Shown here in pieces: positions 50,158 through 60,058 of a stretch of DNA of 64,000 nucleotides; positions within the stretch are counted from its first letter, which is position 1; each line of letters begins with the position of its first letter. A program made the translations under genes and the position numbers. The notes under the pieces were generated by a model that worked only from the letters and a program-made list of their open reading frames with translations, was not told the DNA's origin and ran no database searches. The DNA is from Candidatus Omnitrophota bacterium (GTDB taxonomy: Bacteria > Ratteibacteria > UBA8468 > MWAK01), in the NCBI GenBank assembly GCA_043826355.1, contig JBDRQI010000036.1:54643-118642 (forward strand). The letters are read 5' to 3'.

Positions 50158-51038
50158 TTAAGGAATTGCCAAAAAATAAGCCGGGAACAAAAGTCGTCGC
50201 TCTCTTCGGCTGTCCAATTAAACATACCCTCTCGCCCCTTTTCCAGAATGCCGCTTTTCAAGCCTTAAAAATGAATACCATTTATCTTGCCCTTGAGGTG
50301 ACTCCGGAAGAACTTCAAGGCGCAATTAAAGCAATCCGCTCCCTGAAATTCCTGGGCGCCAACCTGACCATTCCGCATAAAGAAACGGTGATTCCGTTTT
50401 TGGACGAAATCTCGTCAATGGCAAAAAAATGCGGTTCGGTAAATACCATTATTAATCACGGCGGGAAATTGAGAGGTGAAACGACCGATGGCCCTGGTTT
50501 TATCCTCTCCCTGAAAGAAGAGGCGGGGATTACACCGAAGGGAAAAAGGGTTCTCCTGGTTGGCGCCGGCGGCGCGGCCCGAGCGGTAGCTTTCGCTCTC
50601 GCCGAAGTAAAAGCCGACGTTTATTTGACCAACCGAACCGCCGAAAAAGGGGAAAAGTTGGTTTCGGATTTAAAAAATTACTATCCGCAGAATACGATTG
50701 CCTACATTCCGTTTTTGGAAAAATCAGAAGCGCTGCGCCGAAAAAAGATTGACGTTCTCATTAACGCCACTTCGGTGGGGTTGAAAACAGAAGAGGAATT
50801 ATTCCGGCCTGAGGACCTGACCGGCAAACCGGTCGTCTGCGATTTGATTTACAACCGTAAAACACTGCTCCTGCAATCGGCGCAAAAATTGGGTCTAAAA
50901 ACAATTGACGGACTGGGAATGCTCATCCACCAGGGCGCACTCTCCTTCCAACTCTGGACCGGAAAAACCGCTCCGATAAAAACGATGTTCGCTGCCGTAA
51001 AAAACGGGACGCAGATGTACACAGAAACTACCGAATAA
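50154..51038 (+). CDS. aroE: Shikimate dehydrogenase
   Basis: PIKHTLSP, NLTIPHKE, VNT, TDGPG, GAGGAARA, NRT, INATSVG, DGLGMLIHQG. Confidence 0.93.
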   Translation: MIKELPKNKPGTKVVALFGCPIKHTLSPLFQNAAFQALKMNTIYLALEVTPEELQGAIKAIRSLKFLGANLTIPHKETVIPFLDEISSMAKKCGSVNTIINHGGKLRGETTDGPGFILSLKEEAGITPKGKRVLLVGAGGAARAVAFALAEVKADVYLTNRTAEKGEKLVSDLKNYYPQNTIAYIPFLEKSEALRRKKIDVLINATSVGLKTEEELFRPEDLTGKPVVCDLIYNRKTLLLQSAQKLGLKTIDGLGMLIHQGALSFQLWTGKTAPIKTMFAAVKNGTQMYTETTE

Positions 51039-51209
51039 TGCTAAACAATGTTTCCTTAAAGTATTTCTATAAAAATTCTTACTTGTATTTCTTTGGAGTA
51101 ATTCTGAGTAATTCTCTAAAGTGAAGAACCCCGCCCACAGGACGGGGCATTCTGGCATTTTCCGTAATCCTTAATCCGTATCTGCGGCTATCAGCGGTCA
51201 TCTGCGTCC
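51007..51209. repeat. Inverted pair of 10-nt-period repeats bracketing an AT-rich filler
   Basis: GGACGCAGATG (51007-51017) and CATCTGCGTCC (51199-51209); right arm reads GGACGCAGAT GACCGCTGAT AGCCGCAGAT on the - strand. Confidence 0.55.
51121..51167 (-). mobile_element. Minimal IS200/IS605-like end remnant (PATE-like)
   Basis: Minus strand TTAC..GCCCCGTCCTGTGGGCGGGG TTCT TCAC: subterminal GC hairpin followed by TCAC. Confidence 0.45.
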
Positions 51210-51255
51210 AAATGATTTGCGCTCATATGCTTGACCATGCTGAATTTCGTCTACC

Positions 51256-52479
51256 GTGAAATTTAACCTTAAAGCGTTTTCCGCCCTGCGCCACCGGAAC
51301 TTCCGCATCTTCTGGTTCGGCCAGTTTCTCTCCCTCTGCGGCACCTGGATGCAGAACGTGGTCCTAGGCTGGCTGGTTCTCAACATCACTAATTCCACAT
51401 TCCTGCTGGGATTAACCGGCGCCATTGCCGGCCTGCCTGTCCTCGCCTTCTCGCTGGTCGGCGGAGTGGTGGCCGATCACGTCAACAAACGTTCTTTTTT
51501 AATCCTTACCCAGGCGCTGGCCGCACTCCTGGCCCTTAGCCTGGCCGTGCTCATCTCCCTGAAGATAGTCACCTTCTGGCAAATTGCGCTGATTGCCGGA
51601 TTTTCCGGCCTGGTAATGGCATTTGACAGCCCAACCCGTCAATCTTTTTTTGCGGAGATTGTGCCCAAGAAAGACCTCACTAACGCAATTGCCATAAACT
51701 CCGCGGTCTTTAGCGCTACCCGAATCCTCGGACCGGTCCTGGCCGCTTTCGCCATCGCCGGCCTGGGCATGGCCAGCGCTTTTTACCTTAACAGTTTCAG
51801 TTTTCTGCCGGCGATTATTGCGCTCTATCTTATCCGGGGAAATTTCCGGCCTCAAGCCAAAACGAAACGGACAATCATGTCCTCTCTTTTCCAAGGCGCA
51901 AGTTACGTCTGGAAAAATAAACACATCCGCATCCTGATTATCCAGATATCGCTCATCAGCATCTTTGGAATGTCCGCCCAGGTCTTGATGCCGGTCTTCG
52001 CCCGCGACATCCTGCATTTAGGAGTCCGCGGACTGGGACGCCTGATGGCCTTCTTCGGACTGGGCTCCCTGCTCGGCGCGGTCTCTGTGGTCCTCTTAAG
52101 CCACTTTCCGCGGCGGGAAATTTTTGTTTCCACCGGCGGGCTGGTGATGTCCCTGTCCCTGATTTTATTCGCTTTATCCCAAAACGCTACTCTTTCTTAT
52201 CTCCTGCTGATTCCAAGCGGCTGGGGCCTCATCACGCAGGCGGTAACCATCAACTCCCTGCTGCAACACTATGCACCGGATACTTTACGCGGGAGGGTGA
52301 TGGGCTTCTATACCTTCACCTTTCTGGGGATGATGCCCATCGGCAGTTTTCAAGCCGGTCTGCTTGCCCACCTGTGGGGAACTCCGGCAACCGTAGTAAT
52401 CGGCGGGATAATCTGTCTCGGCGCCAGCCTCTATCTCCTGTTCAATTACCGTTTACTTTCAGAACCTGCTCTGCCATAA
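51256..52479 (+). CDS. MFS transporter
   Basis: ALRHRNFRIFWFGQ, GGVVAD, RILGP, LRGRVMG; about 12 TMs. Confidence 0.88.
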   Translation: MKFNLKAFSALRHRNFRIFWFGQFLSLCGTWMQNVVLGWLVLNITNSTFLLGLTGAIAGLPVLAFSLVGGVVADHVNKRSFLILTQALAALLALSLAVLISLKIVTFWQIALIAGFSGLVMAFDSPTRQSFFAEIVPKKDLTNAIAINSAVFSATRILGPVLAAFAIAGLGMASAFYLNSFSFLPAIIALYLIRGNFRPQAKTKRTIMSSLFQGASYVWKNKHIRILIIQISLISIFGMSAQVLMPVFARDILHLGVRGLGRLMAFFGLGSLLGAVSVVLLSHFPRREIFVSTGGLVMSLSLILFALSQNATLSYLLLIPSGWGLITQAVTINSLLQHYAPDTLRGRVMGFYTFTFLGMMPIGSFQAGLLAHLWGTPATVVIGGIICLGASLYLLFNYRLLSEPALP

Positions 52480-52483
52480 ACCC

Positions 52484-53533
52484 TCAAGGATTGTCAAAGA
52501 GAGACCGGCATAAAAAAAGGAAGGCGCCGGCCAGGATAACTACCTGGGGCAGGAAAGCGGCCAGAGCCGGCGGGAGATAACCCTGGTTTCCGAGGGCCAG
52601 CCCGAAAGAAAAAAGCCAGTAGGCAAGCATCGCCAGCAGGAATCCCAGCGTAACCAATACCGGCCGGGAAAAACGCCGACTGAACGCCAGGGGCAAGGTC
52701 AGAAAGACCACAAAAACATTGAGCAACGGATAACTGAAATGACTGAGGAACGCGGTCCGAATGGCAACCGGGGCCATACCAGCCCGGTTTAACCTTTCCA
52801 GGTAACCGGTTAACTGGCGCAGGGAAAGCGCCTGGACCGGCCTAAACAAAGGTTGCAGGTCTTCCCGGTCCAGCTGGAAATCAAATGAACGTTGGATAAA
52901 AGAAACCTCCTCCAGAACCTCACCCTCAGTTGAAAACCTGACCTGCAGACCGGATTTTATCAACCATTGGCCGTCTTTTTCAATCCGGCACCAATTTCCC
53001 CGGTAAATCTCTTTCAGGTTCCCATCCGGGTAAAAGATAAGGATGTTGGGCTTTTCAAAGAGGTTTTCGGCTGTTTGGAAACTATCCGCGTAAAAGAAAA
53101 ATTGCGGCAGGGCAAGCGTCGGGTCGAATATCTCCGACTGGGGTTTAATCCGGCTGAAAGAAGCCGGAACCGCGGTTTCGTTAACCAGAAAAACAAGCGG
53201 AATCAAGAGTCCGCCCAGAATGAAGAAAGGCGCCAGGAAACGGAGCGGGAAAAGCCCGGAACCCTCCAGAACAAGCATCTCCCGGTGTTTTCCCATCAGC
53301 CCCAGGGTAACCAGAACCGAAACCAGCGCCGCTAACGGTGAAAACTGGACAAAAATACCCGGAATCATCCAGAGGAATATACGCGTTACCGCAGCCGGGG
53401 AATATCCGCCGTGCAGATAATCGGCTAAATTATCCACGATGGCGCCGACCAGGCCGATAACGATGAGGGCAATTATGGCCAAGAGGTAGAGTTTAACGAA
53501 TTCCCCGACGAGGTATTTATCCAGTCGTTTCAT
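52484..53533 (-). CDS. lptG: LPS export permease LptG-like
   Basis: KRLDKYL, EMLVLEGSG, periplasmic beta region, LPPALAAFLP. Confidence 0.75.
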   Translation of the reverse strand: MKRLDKYLVGEFVKLYLLAIIALIVIGLVGAIVDNLADYLHGGYSPAAVTRIFLWMIPGIFVQFSPLAALVSVLVTLGLMGKHREMLVLEGSGLFPLRFLAPFFILGGLLIPLVFLVNETAVPASFSRIKPQSEIFDPTLALPQFFFYADSFQTAENLFEKPNILIFYPDGNLKEIYRGNWCRIEKDGQWLIKSGLQVRFSTEGEVLEEVSFIQRSFDFQLDREDLQPLFRPVQALSLRQLTGYLERLNRAGMAPVAIRTAFLSHFSYPLLNVFVVFLTLPLAFSRRFSRPVLVTLGFLLAMLAYWLFSFGLALGNQGYLPPALAAFLPQVVILAGAFLFLCRSLFDNP

Positions 53534-53569
53534 AATCACATCTTTATTAGACGCAGATTATTACAAATT

Positions 53570-53983
53570 ACCGCAGAGAACGCGTAGCACGCAGAGAATT
53601 ACCTAAAGATTACTAGCCATTCTTACAATTCCATCTCTTAATACCCTAACATTGAAATTAATCAACAACCCGATTTTGTAACCAGACAGTTTCAAATAAG
53701 ATATTAACTGAACTTTATGAATTGGTAATAGTTTCTCAATCGATTTTACCTCCAAGATGATACTATCCTCTGCTACCAAATCTAACCGAAAAGTGGTTTC
53801 TGTTGTTCCACTTTTAATCCTGTTTGTACAAGATCATATACCATGCAGATTTCATAGGCAGATTCAAGAAGTCCCGGACCCAAATTGCGATAAATATTTA
53901 TAGCTGCCCCTATAATTGTTTTCGTTGTCTTGTTAAGTTCTTCTTTTTTCATTTCTCTCTACGGTCTCTGCGCACTCCGCGGT
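53570..53983. mobile_element. GxxExxY cassette bounded by inverted 3x9-nt arrays, inserted between lptF and lptG
   Basis: Left ACCGCAGAG-AACGCGTAG-CACGCAGAG (53570-53596); right, read on the - strand, ACCGCGGAG-TGCGCAGAG-ACCGTAGAG (53957-53983). Confidence 0.6.
53603..53952 (-). pseudogene. GxxExxY (PD-(D/E)XK-like) protein pseudogene with internal deletion/frameshift
   Basis: MKKEELNKTTKTIIGAAINIYRNLGPGLLESAYEICMVYDL..EQQKPLFG*, then in another frame FRLDLVAEDSIILEVKSIEKLLPIHKVQLISYLKLSGYKIGLLINFN..GIVRM; AT-rich. Confidence 0.85.
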
Positions 53984-53998
53984 CCATTTTCTATCATT

Positions 53999-55033
53999 TT
54001 ATTCTATCCTTTTAAAAAAATAGATTCCCGTCAATAAAATGACTGCATCCGGTAAGAAATATAGTCCGGCTAACTGCGGCTTAACCCGCATCAGCGCCTC
54101 AATTCCGGTCAAGGCGAAATAATAGCTCAAAACCAAACCGCAGGAGGCCGTAATACCCCAGAGACTGCGGGGCAAGGCGATGCCCAGGGGTATGCCGACC
54201 AACAAGAAGAGAAGCGGCGCAAGAGCAAAAGAAAACCGGCGCATCTGTTCTGCCCTCGCCCCGGCCGTGCCGGAACGCCACAACTGAAAACTGCTCCTTT
54301 CGTAAATCTTCGGCTCCGGCCGTTCTCTGCTTCCGGCAATTTCGGGCAGGGGAAAGATATAGGTTTGAAAAGAGAGCCGCTGGTATGTTTTTGCCTTCCG
54401 GGATTCGTAGGTTTGCAGAACGCCGTCCTGAAGGTAAAGGTACGGCTTCCCGGAACGGAAGACCAGCTTCACCCTGTGGGCCGATATGGTGCGTACCGTC
54501 TCTCCTTCCTTCTGGTAGAGCGTAACCATCCCCTTCTTCCCTTTGCTGGGAATGAAGAGCACGATGTTGGGAAATTCGGTAACGACCGAACCGGGCCGGA
54601 CCAGGTTGGCGGTCGGATTCACCCGGACGCCTGAAAAAACGATGCGGTTCTGGTAGAGTGCGTACGGCTGGACGCAGCAGAGCAGACAGAGGTTGACCAG
54701 GGACAGCAGGAGCCCCAGAAAGAGAAGCGGCCTGACCGCATTCGTCAGGGAAATTCCCAAACTTTTGATGGCCAGGAATTCCCGGTCCTGGCTGAAACGG
54801 CTGAAGGTAAGCGTGGAGCCGATAAGGACGGCCAGAACCAGGCCGTACGGCATAAGGGAAAAGAGCAGCAGAAAAAAGTAACGGAACAGGATGACGCCGG
54901 AAACCAGGTTTTTCACCAGAAGGTCAACAACCTGGAAAAGGGCGCCCAAGGAGAGCAGGAAAAGGATAAAAGCGAAAGAGAGGAAGAACGGCGGGCCGAA
55001 TTCCGCAATCAGGTAACGGCTGATGCGTTTCAT
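53999..55033 (-). CDS. lptF: LPS export permease LptF-like
   Basis: MKRISRYL..PPFF, RFSQDREFLAIKSLGIS, LVGIPLG, LPDAV; start at ATG 55033 (upstream part of the ORF is repeats). Confidence 0.78.
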   Translation of the reverse strand: MKRISRYLIAEFGPPFFLSFAFILFLLSLGALFQVVDLLVKNLVSGVILFRYFFLLLFSLMPYGLVLAVLIGSTLTFSRFSQDREFLAIKSLGISLTNAVRPLLFLGLLLSLVNLCLLCCVQPYALYQNRIVFSGVRVNPTANLVRPGSVVTEFPNIVLFIPSKGKKGMVTLYQKEGETVRTISAHRVKLVFRSGKPYLYLQDGVLQTYESRKAKTYQRLSFQTYIFPLPEIAGSRERPEPKIYERSSFQLWRSGTAGARAEQMRRFSFALAPLLFLLVGIPLGIALPRSLWGITASCGLVLSYYFALTGIEALMRVKPQLAGLYFLPDAVILLTGIYFFKRIE

Positions 55034-55062
55034 TTTAGGCGGCGTAACACCGGTTGTTTGCA

Positions 55063-55196
55063 GTAGCGCAGCAGGACAGGCGTCCCGCCTGTCCTGCTGC
55101 GGCAGGGGACACAGCCCTTTCCCTGCAGATCGGCGACCCTGAAATGGTCGCACTACATAAGACAAATGCACGGGCGGGGTTACAGCCCCGCCCGTG
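55063..55196. repeat. Cluster of palindromic repeats (GTAG...CTAC bounded composite plus a further hairpin)
   Basis: GTAG at 55063, GCAGCAGGACAGGCG/CGCCTGTCCTGCTGC, GCAGGG..CCCTGC, GCGACC..GGTCGC CTAC ending 55156, CACGGGCGGGG..CCCCGCCCGTG. Confidence 0.7.
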
Positions 55197-55467
55197 TTTT
55201 CAGGTATTTTCTTATTTCGCCATGACTGCCGATCAAAACAAAGGTGATTAATTCGGGACTGAGCAGGAATAAAACTCTCGTTTTGATGTCAACCCTGACT
55301 TCCCAGAGATTTTTTCGTAATTTCTTCAATCCCAGGCCGCCGGAAGGACGAATTTTATTTTCCAAAAATTCCAACAAGTCAGAAATAGTCCGTGTTGTTT
55401 TTGCCCGGTCCTGATTGGCAAGCGATTCAAAAGCCCGGACGAATGAATCCAGGTATCTAACCTTCAT
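55180..55467 (-). CDS. RelE/ParE-superfamily toxin-like protein
   Basis: 95 aa, basic; GLKKL..LWEVRVDIKTRVLF..IGSH pattern; ATGA-coupled to the upstream antitoxin. Confidence 0.75.
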   Translation of the reverse strand: MKVRYLDSFVRAFESLANQDRAKTTRTISDLLEFLENKIRPSGGLGLKKLRKNLWEVRVDIKTRVLFLLSPELITFVLIGSHGEIRKYLKTRAGL

Positions 55468-55748
55468 TCTTTTTTCTTTAAGAAGTTAACCGCCTTTTTG
55501 GAATCGGAAAATTCAACATACTTGCCTGTTTTTACCTGTTTTTTAATGATTTTTTCCAGAGCATCAAGTTCGTCCGGGCACCAGACCTCATTCCTATCAA
55601 CCACCATAACCGGTTTCATCAGTATGCCTTCTTCCGTGTACGAAAAACTAACCATGTCGTGCGGCCGGATATGTAATCTTTTCACCAGTTCAACCGGAAT
55701 AGTAACCTGATTCCTCGGGCCTATGGGTCTTATCTGAGTTGTCCTCAT
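55464..55748 (-). CDS. AbrB/MazE/SpoVT-family antitoxin
   Basis: RNQVTIPVELVKRLHIRPHDMVSF..GILMKP; C-terminal FSDSKKAVNFL; GGAGG RBS. Confidence 0.8.
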   Translation of the reverse strand: MRTTQIRPIGPRNQVTIPVELVKRLHIRPHDMVSFSYTEEGILMKPVMVVDRNEVWCPDELDALEKIIKKQVKTGKYVEFSDSKKAVNFLKKKE

Positions 55749-55761
55749 TTTAAACCTCCTC

Positions 55762-55810
55762 TATTGTATTACTTACAATAAGCATAGCATACTTTTATAA
55801 ACTACGTCAA
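55762..55810 (-). promoter_or_regulatory. TA promoter with operator palindrome
   Basis: TTGACG-18 nt-TATGCT (TG extended) followed by the perfect inverted repeat TATTGTA-5 nt-TACAATA (55762-55780). Confidence 0.55.
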
Positions 55811-55870
55811 CTCTCTGCGGGTTACTGCGTGCGATGAATCGTACCGCTGTATTTTCAGGGATTTAAAAAA

Positions 55871-56005
55871 GGGATTGCCGCGCCCGTTTAAATAGACAGA
55901 CGGGCTTTGCCCGCCGAAGCTTTAGCGAAGGCGGGACGCCTGTCCTACCCCCCCCACTTCTCCTCCCCCTCAAGGGAGAAGGAATAGGAGGGGGCTCGCA
56001 ATGGC
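55871..56005. repeat. Four-family nested repeat composite
   Basis: Outer GGGATTGCCGCGCCC..GGGCTCGCAATGGC; inner GACAGACGGG..ACGCCTGTCCTAC split by a 31-nt insert; then a CCCCCCAC..GGAGGGGG hairpin. Confidence 0.7.
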
Positions 56006-56011
56006 GCTACA

Positions 56012-56626
56012 TCAACGCATAACCTCTTTAATGCGCATCAGGCGCAGCAGGTTGCCCCGTTCAAATTCATTCAACTTGTCGGTTATGGCGCGTATCGTTT
56101 CGGAAATTGAAGGGATGAGCAGATATTCCAGGGCGTTGACCCGGCGGCGCGTGCGCTCAATATCAAAAGAGAGCAACTGGCAACTCTTGAACAGTTCCCC
56201 CAGGCGAATCAGCTCCGGCAGTAAATCCCTGAATTCGTTCAGCGCAACATCCAGTTGCGGGCTTACCCTGAAAAATTCATAATTTAGATTCAGCGCGGGC
56301 TCTTTTAAACTGAACCGCGGCACCGGCACGTTCATAATCCGGGCCGAGACGGATTGAAAACCCGTCTCAATCCGGGCCGTCTTTATCGCCTGATAAAAAT
56401 CCTTTTCCCGCATCAGGCCGCGGCTGATAACCAGATGCAGGAAAACCTGCTTTATCTTTTTATTTACCTCTTTGCCCAGAGCCCTGGTTTCCTTGATAAG
56501 GCTCAAGAACTGATACATCATCTGCTCTAGTTTATCCTGGAGCAGTCGGTGCCCGCGCCGGGCCAGGGCCAGCCTGCGTTTCAGGCGCAACAACTCCATC
56601 CGGTTCGGACTAACTCTAAGTTGCAT
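56012..56626 (-). CDS. ntpD: V/A-type ATPase subunit D
   Basis: [34 protein letters not shown]. Confidence 0.93.
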   Translation of the reverse strand: MQLRVSPNRMELLRLKRRLALARRGHRLLQDKLEQMMYQFLSLIKETRALGKEVNKKIKQVFLHLVISRGLMREKDFYQAIKTARIETGFQSVSARIMNVPVPRFSLKEPALNLNYEFFRVSPQLDVALNEFRDLLPELIRLGELFKSCQLLSFDIERTRRRVNALEYLLIPSISETIRAITDKLNEFERGNLLRLMRIKEVMR

Positions 56627-58001
56627 TCTGGTAATATTTATTCAAATATTCTTCCCTGATGCGTTTTAGTTCCGGCCGCGGTATCCGGGAAAGCAACCGC
56701 CAGCCGATATTCAGCGTCTCTTCAATGCGGCGCACCCGGTCTTCTCCCTGGCGCACAAACTCGTTTTCAAAACTTTCCGAAAATTTAAGGTAGATTTTAT
56801 CCTCTTCGCTCAGGGCCGCTTCGCCTAAAATCACCGCCAGTTCCTTTGCTTCTTTGCCGAGTGCATAACAGGCAAAGAGCTGGTTCATCACATCGGCATG
56901 GTCCTCCCGGGTCTGACCCCGGCCAATACCCTTATCTTTAAGGCGGGAGAGGCTGGGCAATACGTCAACGGGAGGATAGACGCCTTGCCGGTGCAGTTGT
57001 CGGCTTAAGATAATCTGACCTTCGGTTATGTATCCGGTGAGGTCCGGAATGGGGTGCGTTTTGTCGTCTTCGGGCATAGTCAAAACCGGCAGCAGGGTGA
57101 TTGAACCGGGCTTATCTTTAATCCGTCCGGCGCGTTCATAGATAGTCGCCAGGTCGGTATAGAGATAGCCGGGATACCCTCTTCGTCCGGGAATTTCTTT
57201 GCGCGCCGCCGAAACCTGGCGTAGCGCTTCGCAATAAAGGGTCATATCAATCAGGATAACCAGGACGTGCATATCCAACCGGAAAGCAAGATATTCGGCG
57301 GCGGTCAGGGCAAGCCGGGGAGTGGCGATACGCTCAATCACCGGTTCATTGGCCAGGTTGACAAAAAGCACCGCCCGTTCAATCGCGCCCGTATTTTTAA
57401 AATCATCAATAAAGAAGTTTGCTTCCTCAAAAGTAATACCCATTGCGCCGAAGACCACCGCAAACTTTTCCTCTTTTCCCAAAACCTGTCCCTGCCGGGC
57501 AATCTGGGCGGCAAGGCGCGTGTGGGGCAAGCCGTAGGCGGAAAATATCGGAAGCTTCTGTCCCCTGACCAGCGGATTCATTCCGTCAATGGCGGAAATT
57601 CCGGTCTGGATGAAATCAACCGGGTAATCGCGCGCCGACGGATTGATCGGACTGCCGTTAATTTCCAGATATTCCCGGGCAATTACCGGAGGCCCGCCAT
57701 CGCGCGGCCGGCCGGTCCCGTCAAGAATCCGGCCGATTAAATCCGGCGATACTCCCAACTCCTGGGTTTTGCCTAAGAACCTGATCTTGGTTTCAGCGAC
57801 GTCCAGACCGTTCGTTCCCTCAAATACCTGCACCAGCGCGCGGTCGGAAGAGATGTCCAGAACCTGACCGCGGCGAAGCGTGCCGTCGCCTAACTCAATC
57901 TCGGCCAATTCCGCAAACTTCACGTCAGTGGTCTTCTCCACGACCACCAACGGCCCGGAGATACTGGAAACGGTCAGATACTCCTTATATGTTTTATTCA
58001 C
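56616..58001 (-). CDS. ntpB: V/A-type ATPase subunit B
   Basis: [56 protein letters not shown]. Confidence 0.95.
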   Translation of the reverse strand: MNKTYKEYLTVSSISGPLVVVEKTTDVKFAELAEIELGDGTLRRGQVLDISSDRALVQVFEGTNGLDVAETKIRFLGKTQELGVSPDLIGRILDGTGRPRDGGPPVIAREYLEINGSPINPSARDYPVDFIQTGISAIDGMNPLVRGQKLPIFSAYGLPHTRLAAQIARQGQVLGKEEKFAVVFGAMGITFEEANFFIDDFKNTGAIERAVLFVNLANEPVIERIATPRLALTAAEYLAFRLDMHVLVILIDMTLYCEALRQVSAARKEIPGRRGYPGYLYTDLATIYERAGRIKDKPGSITLLPVLTMPEDDKTHPIPDLTGYITEGQIILSRQLHRQGVYPPVDVLPSLSRLKDKGIGRGQTREDHADVMNQLFACYALGKEAKELAVILGEAALSEEDKIYLKFSESFENEFVRQGEDRVRRIEETLNIGWRLLSRIPRPELKRIREEYLNKYYQNAT

Positions 58002-59739
58002 GCGCAACCCCGCTGATAATCAGTTCCTCCAGAAGATCGAATTCCGCTAACCTGTCTTCGGGAATATACTTTGCCCGGCTGATCTTTTCGCGTACCGGTA
58101 AATCAAGGACTTCTTTTAAAACCCTGCCCTTTTCCAGCATTGCTTCCGCCTTACGGTGAAAACCGAGAATCAACTTGAGCATCCGGTATTGTTTTTTCAG
58201 CGAGGTGTAAGTGTCTATTTCGTGAAACGCATTCTGGTGTAAAAAATCTTCGCGAATCATGCGGGCGGTCTCTAAAGTCAAACGGTCCGGCAGCGAAAGT
58301 GTCTCCACGCCTACCAGGCGGGCAATCTCTAATAATTCTGCTTCCGATTCCAACAGCCCCATCGCTTCGGTCTTCAATTCCGGGTAATCTTCCGAAATTG
58401 TCCCGGCTAAAAATTGCTTGATATTTTCAGAATAGAGCGAGTAGCTGTTTAACCAGTTAATGGCCGGGAAGTGTCGGCTTGAGGCCAATTTATCATCCAG
58501 TCCCCAGAAGGCCTTTACCACGCGCAGCGTATTTTGCACCACCGGATCGGACAAATCTCCGCCCGGAGGCGAAACTGCTCCCATCACGGTCAGCGTCCCG
58601 ACGCGGCCGTCACTTCCCAGGCACACCGTTTTGCCGGCCCGTTCATAAAATTCGGCCAGGCGAGTGGTCAGATATGCCGGATAACCTTCCTCGCCCGGCA
58701 TCTCCTCCAGCCTTCCGGAAATCTCCCTTAACGCCTCGGCCCAGCGGGAAGTGGAGTCGGCCATCAGGGCAACGGAATAACCCATGTCGCGAAAATATTC
58801 GGCGATGGTAATCGCGGTATAGATTGATGCCTCGCGCGCCGCCACCGGCATGTTTGAGGTATTGGCAATAACCACGGTCTTTTCCATTAAAGGCCGGCCG
58901 GTCCTGGGGTCCTGTAATTTGGGAAGCGAAAGCAAAAGGTCGGCCACCTCATTGCCTCTTTCTCCGCAGGCCGCATAAACGATTACATCCGCATCGGCCC
59001 ACTTGGCGGCGGTATGCAGAAAAACGGTCTTACCGGCGCCAAACGGACCGGGGATACAGGCCGTGCCGCCTTTAGCGATGGGAAAGAGGGCATCAATTAC
59101 CCGCTGACCGGTAACCAGCGGTTCATCGGGTGAAAGCCGCTCTTTTACCGGACGGGGCTCTCTTACCGGCCAGCGCTGAAACAGCCGAACTTCAATAATC
59201 TTACCGGCGGTTTCAATCTTGGCCACCACACCGTCAACCTTAAAATCACCGGCCTGAATTTGAACCACTTTTCCGCTAATCTGCGGCGGGACTAAAATTC
59301 TCTGCGTGATTAAACCGGTCTCCGCCACTTCTCCGAGAATATCTCCGCCCGTCACTGCCTGGTCAATCTTTGCCCGGGGAGTAAAATGCCATCGCTTCTG
59401 CCGGTCCAAAGCCGGAAGTTCCACCCCTCGCCGGACAAAATCACCCTTCTCTTTGCGTATTACCTCCAGGGGGCGCTGGATACCGTCATAGATTGTGGAG
59501 ATTAAGCCGGGACCCAACTCTACGCTCAGCGGTTCATCGGTTAAATAGACCGGCTCGTCCGGGCCGATGCCGGTGGTATCCTCGTAAACCTGAATAAAGG
59601 CAAGTTCTCCTTTCAGTTCTATAATCTCGCCGATAAGTCTTTCCTGCGATACATACACTACGTCAAACATGTGCGCGCCCCGGCAGCCGGAGGCGACTAT
59701 CAACGGACCGCTTACCCGTATTATCTTTGGCTGATTCAT
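57994..59739 (-). CDS. ntpA: V/A-type ATPase subunit A
   Basis: [14 protein letters not shown], Walker [42 protein letters not shown]; start ATG 59739. Confidence 0.95.
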   Translation of the reverse strand: MNQPKIIRVSGPLIVASGCRGAHMFDVVYVSQERLIGEIIELKGELAFIQVYEDTTGIGPDEPVYLTDEPLSVELGPGLISTIYDGIQRPLEVIRKEKGDFVRRGVELPALDRQKRWHFTPRAKIDQAVTGGDILGEVAETGLITQRILVPPQISGKVVQIQAGDFKVDGVVAKIETAGKIIEVRLFQRWPVREPRPVKERLSPDEPLVTGQRVIDALFPIAKGGTACIPGPFGAGKTVFLHTAAKWADADVIVYAACGERGNEVADLLLSLPKLQDPRTGRPLMEKTVVIANTSNMPVAAREASIYTAITIAEYFRDMGYSVALMADSTSRWAEALREISGRLEEMPGEEGYPAYLTTRLAEFYERAGKTVCLGSDGRVGTLTVMGAVSPPGGDLSDPVVQNTLRVVKAFWGLDDKLASSRHFPAINWLNSYSLYSENIKQFLAGTISEDYPELKTEAMGLLESEAELLEIARLVGVETLSLPDRLTLETARMIREDFLHQNAFHEIDTYTSLKKQYRMLKLILGFHRKAEAMLEKGRVLKEVLDLPVREKISRAKYIPEDRLAEFDLLEELIISGVARE

Positions 59740-59740
59740 T

Positions 59741-60055
59741 TTAGAAAGATTCGGTACCGGTCGCCCGCACGACAACCTCTTTGAGCGATTCGGCGGTTAA
59801 ACCAAAATCATCCCGGTAATCCGGAAGAAGAACGATTACCGGATAGGTATTCCGGTCCAATTCCCGAATCTGTTCCCTGACCTTGAGCGCGAACCGCTCC
59901 AGGATGAAACAGAGGCTGAAATCGTTGCGGACAACCTCATCCAGGGCTGAAGCAATCTTCTCTTTTTTATCCTCGGGAAAAAATACCTGAAAACCGGCGG
60001 CCGCGAACCCCTCCACCAAATCCTTGTCTCCGATAATCGCAATCTTGCTTTCCAT
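59741..60055 (-). CDS. ntpF: V/A-type ATPase subunit F
   Basis: KIAIIGDKDLVEGFAAAG, YPVIVLLP, RATG. Confidence 0.88.
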   Translation of the reverse strand: MESKIAIIGDKDLVEGFAAAGFQVFFPEDKKEKIASALDEVVRNDFSLCFILERFALKVREQIRELDRNTYPVIVLLPDYRDDFGLTAESLKEVVVRATGTESF

Positions 60056-60058
60056 TGT

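Noticed and set aside
53824..54015. 63-aa + strand ORF
   Set aside because: Antisense shadow of the GxxExxY pseudogene
57994..59739. Intein in V-ATPase subunit A
   Set aside because: Normal length (581 aa) with contiguous motifs around Walker A
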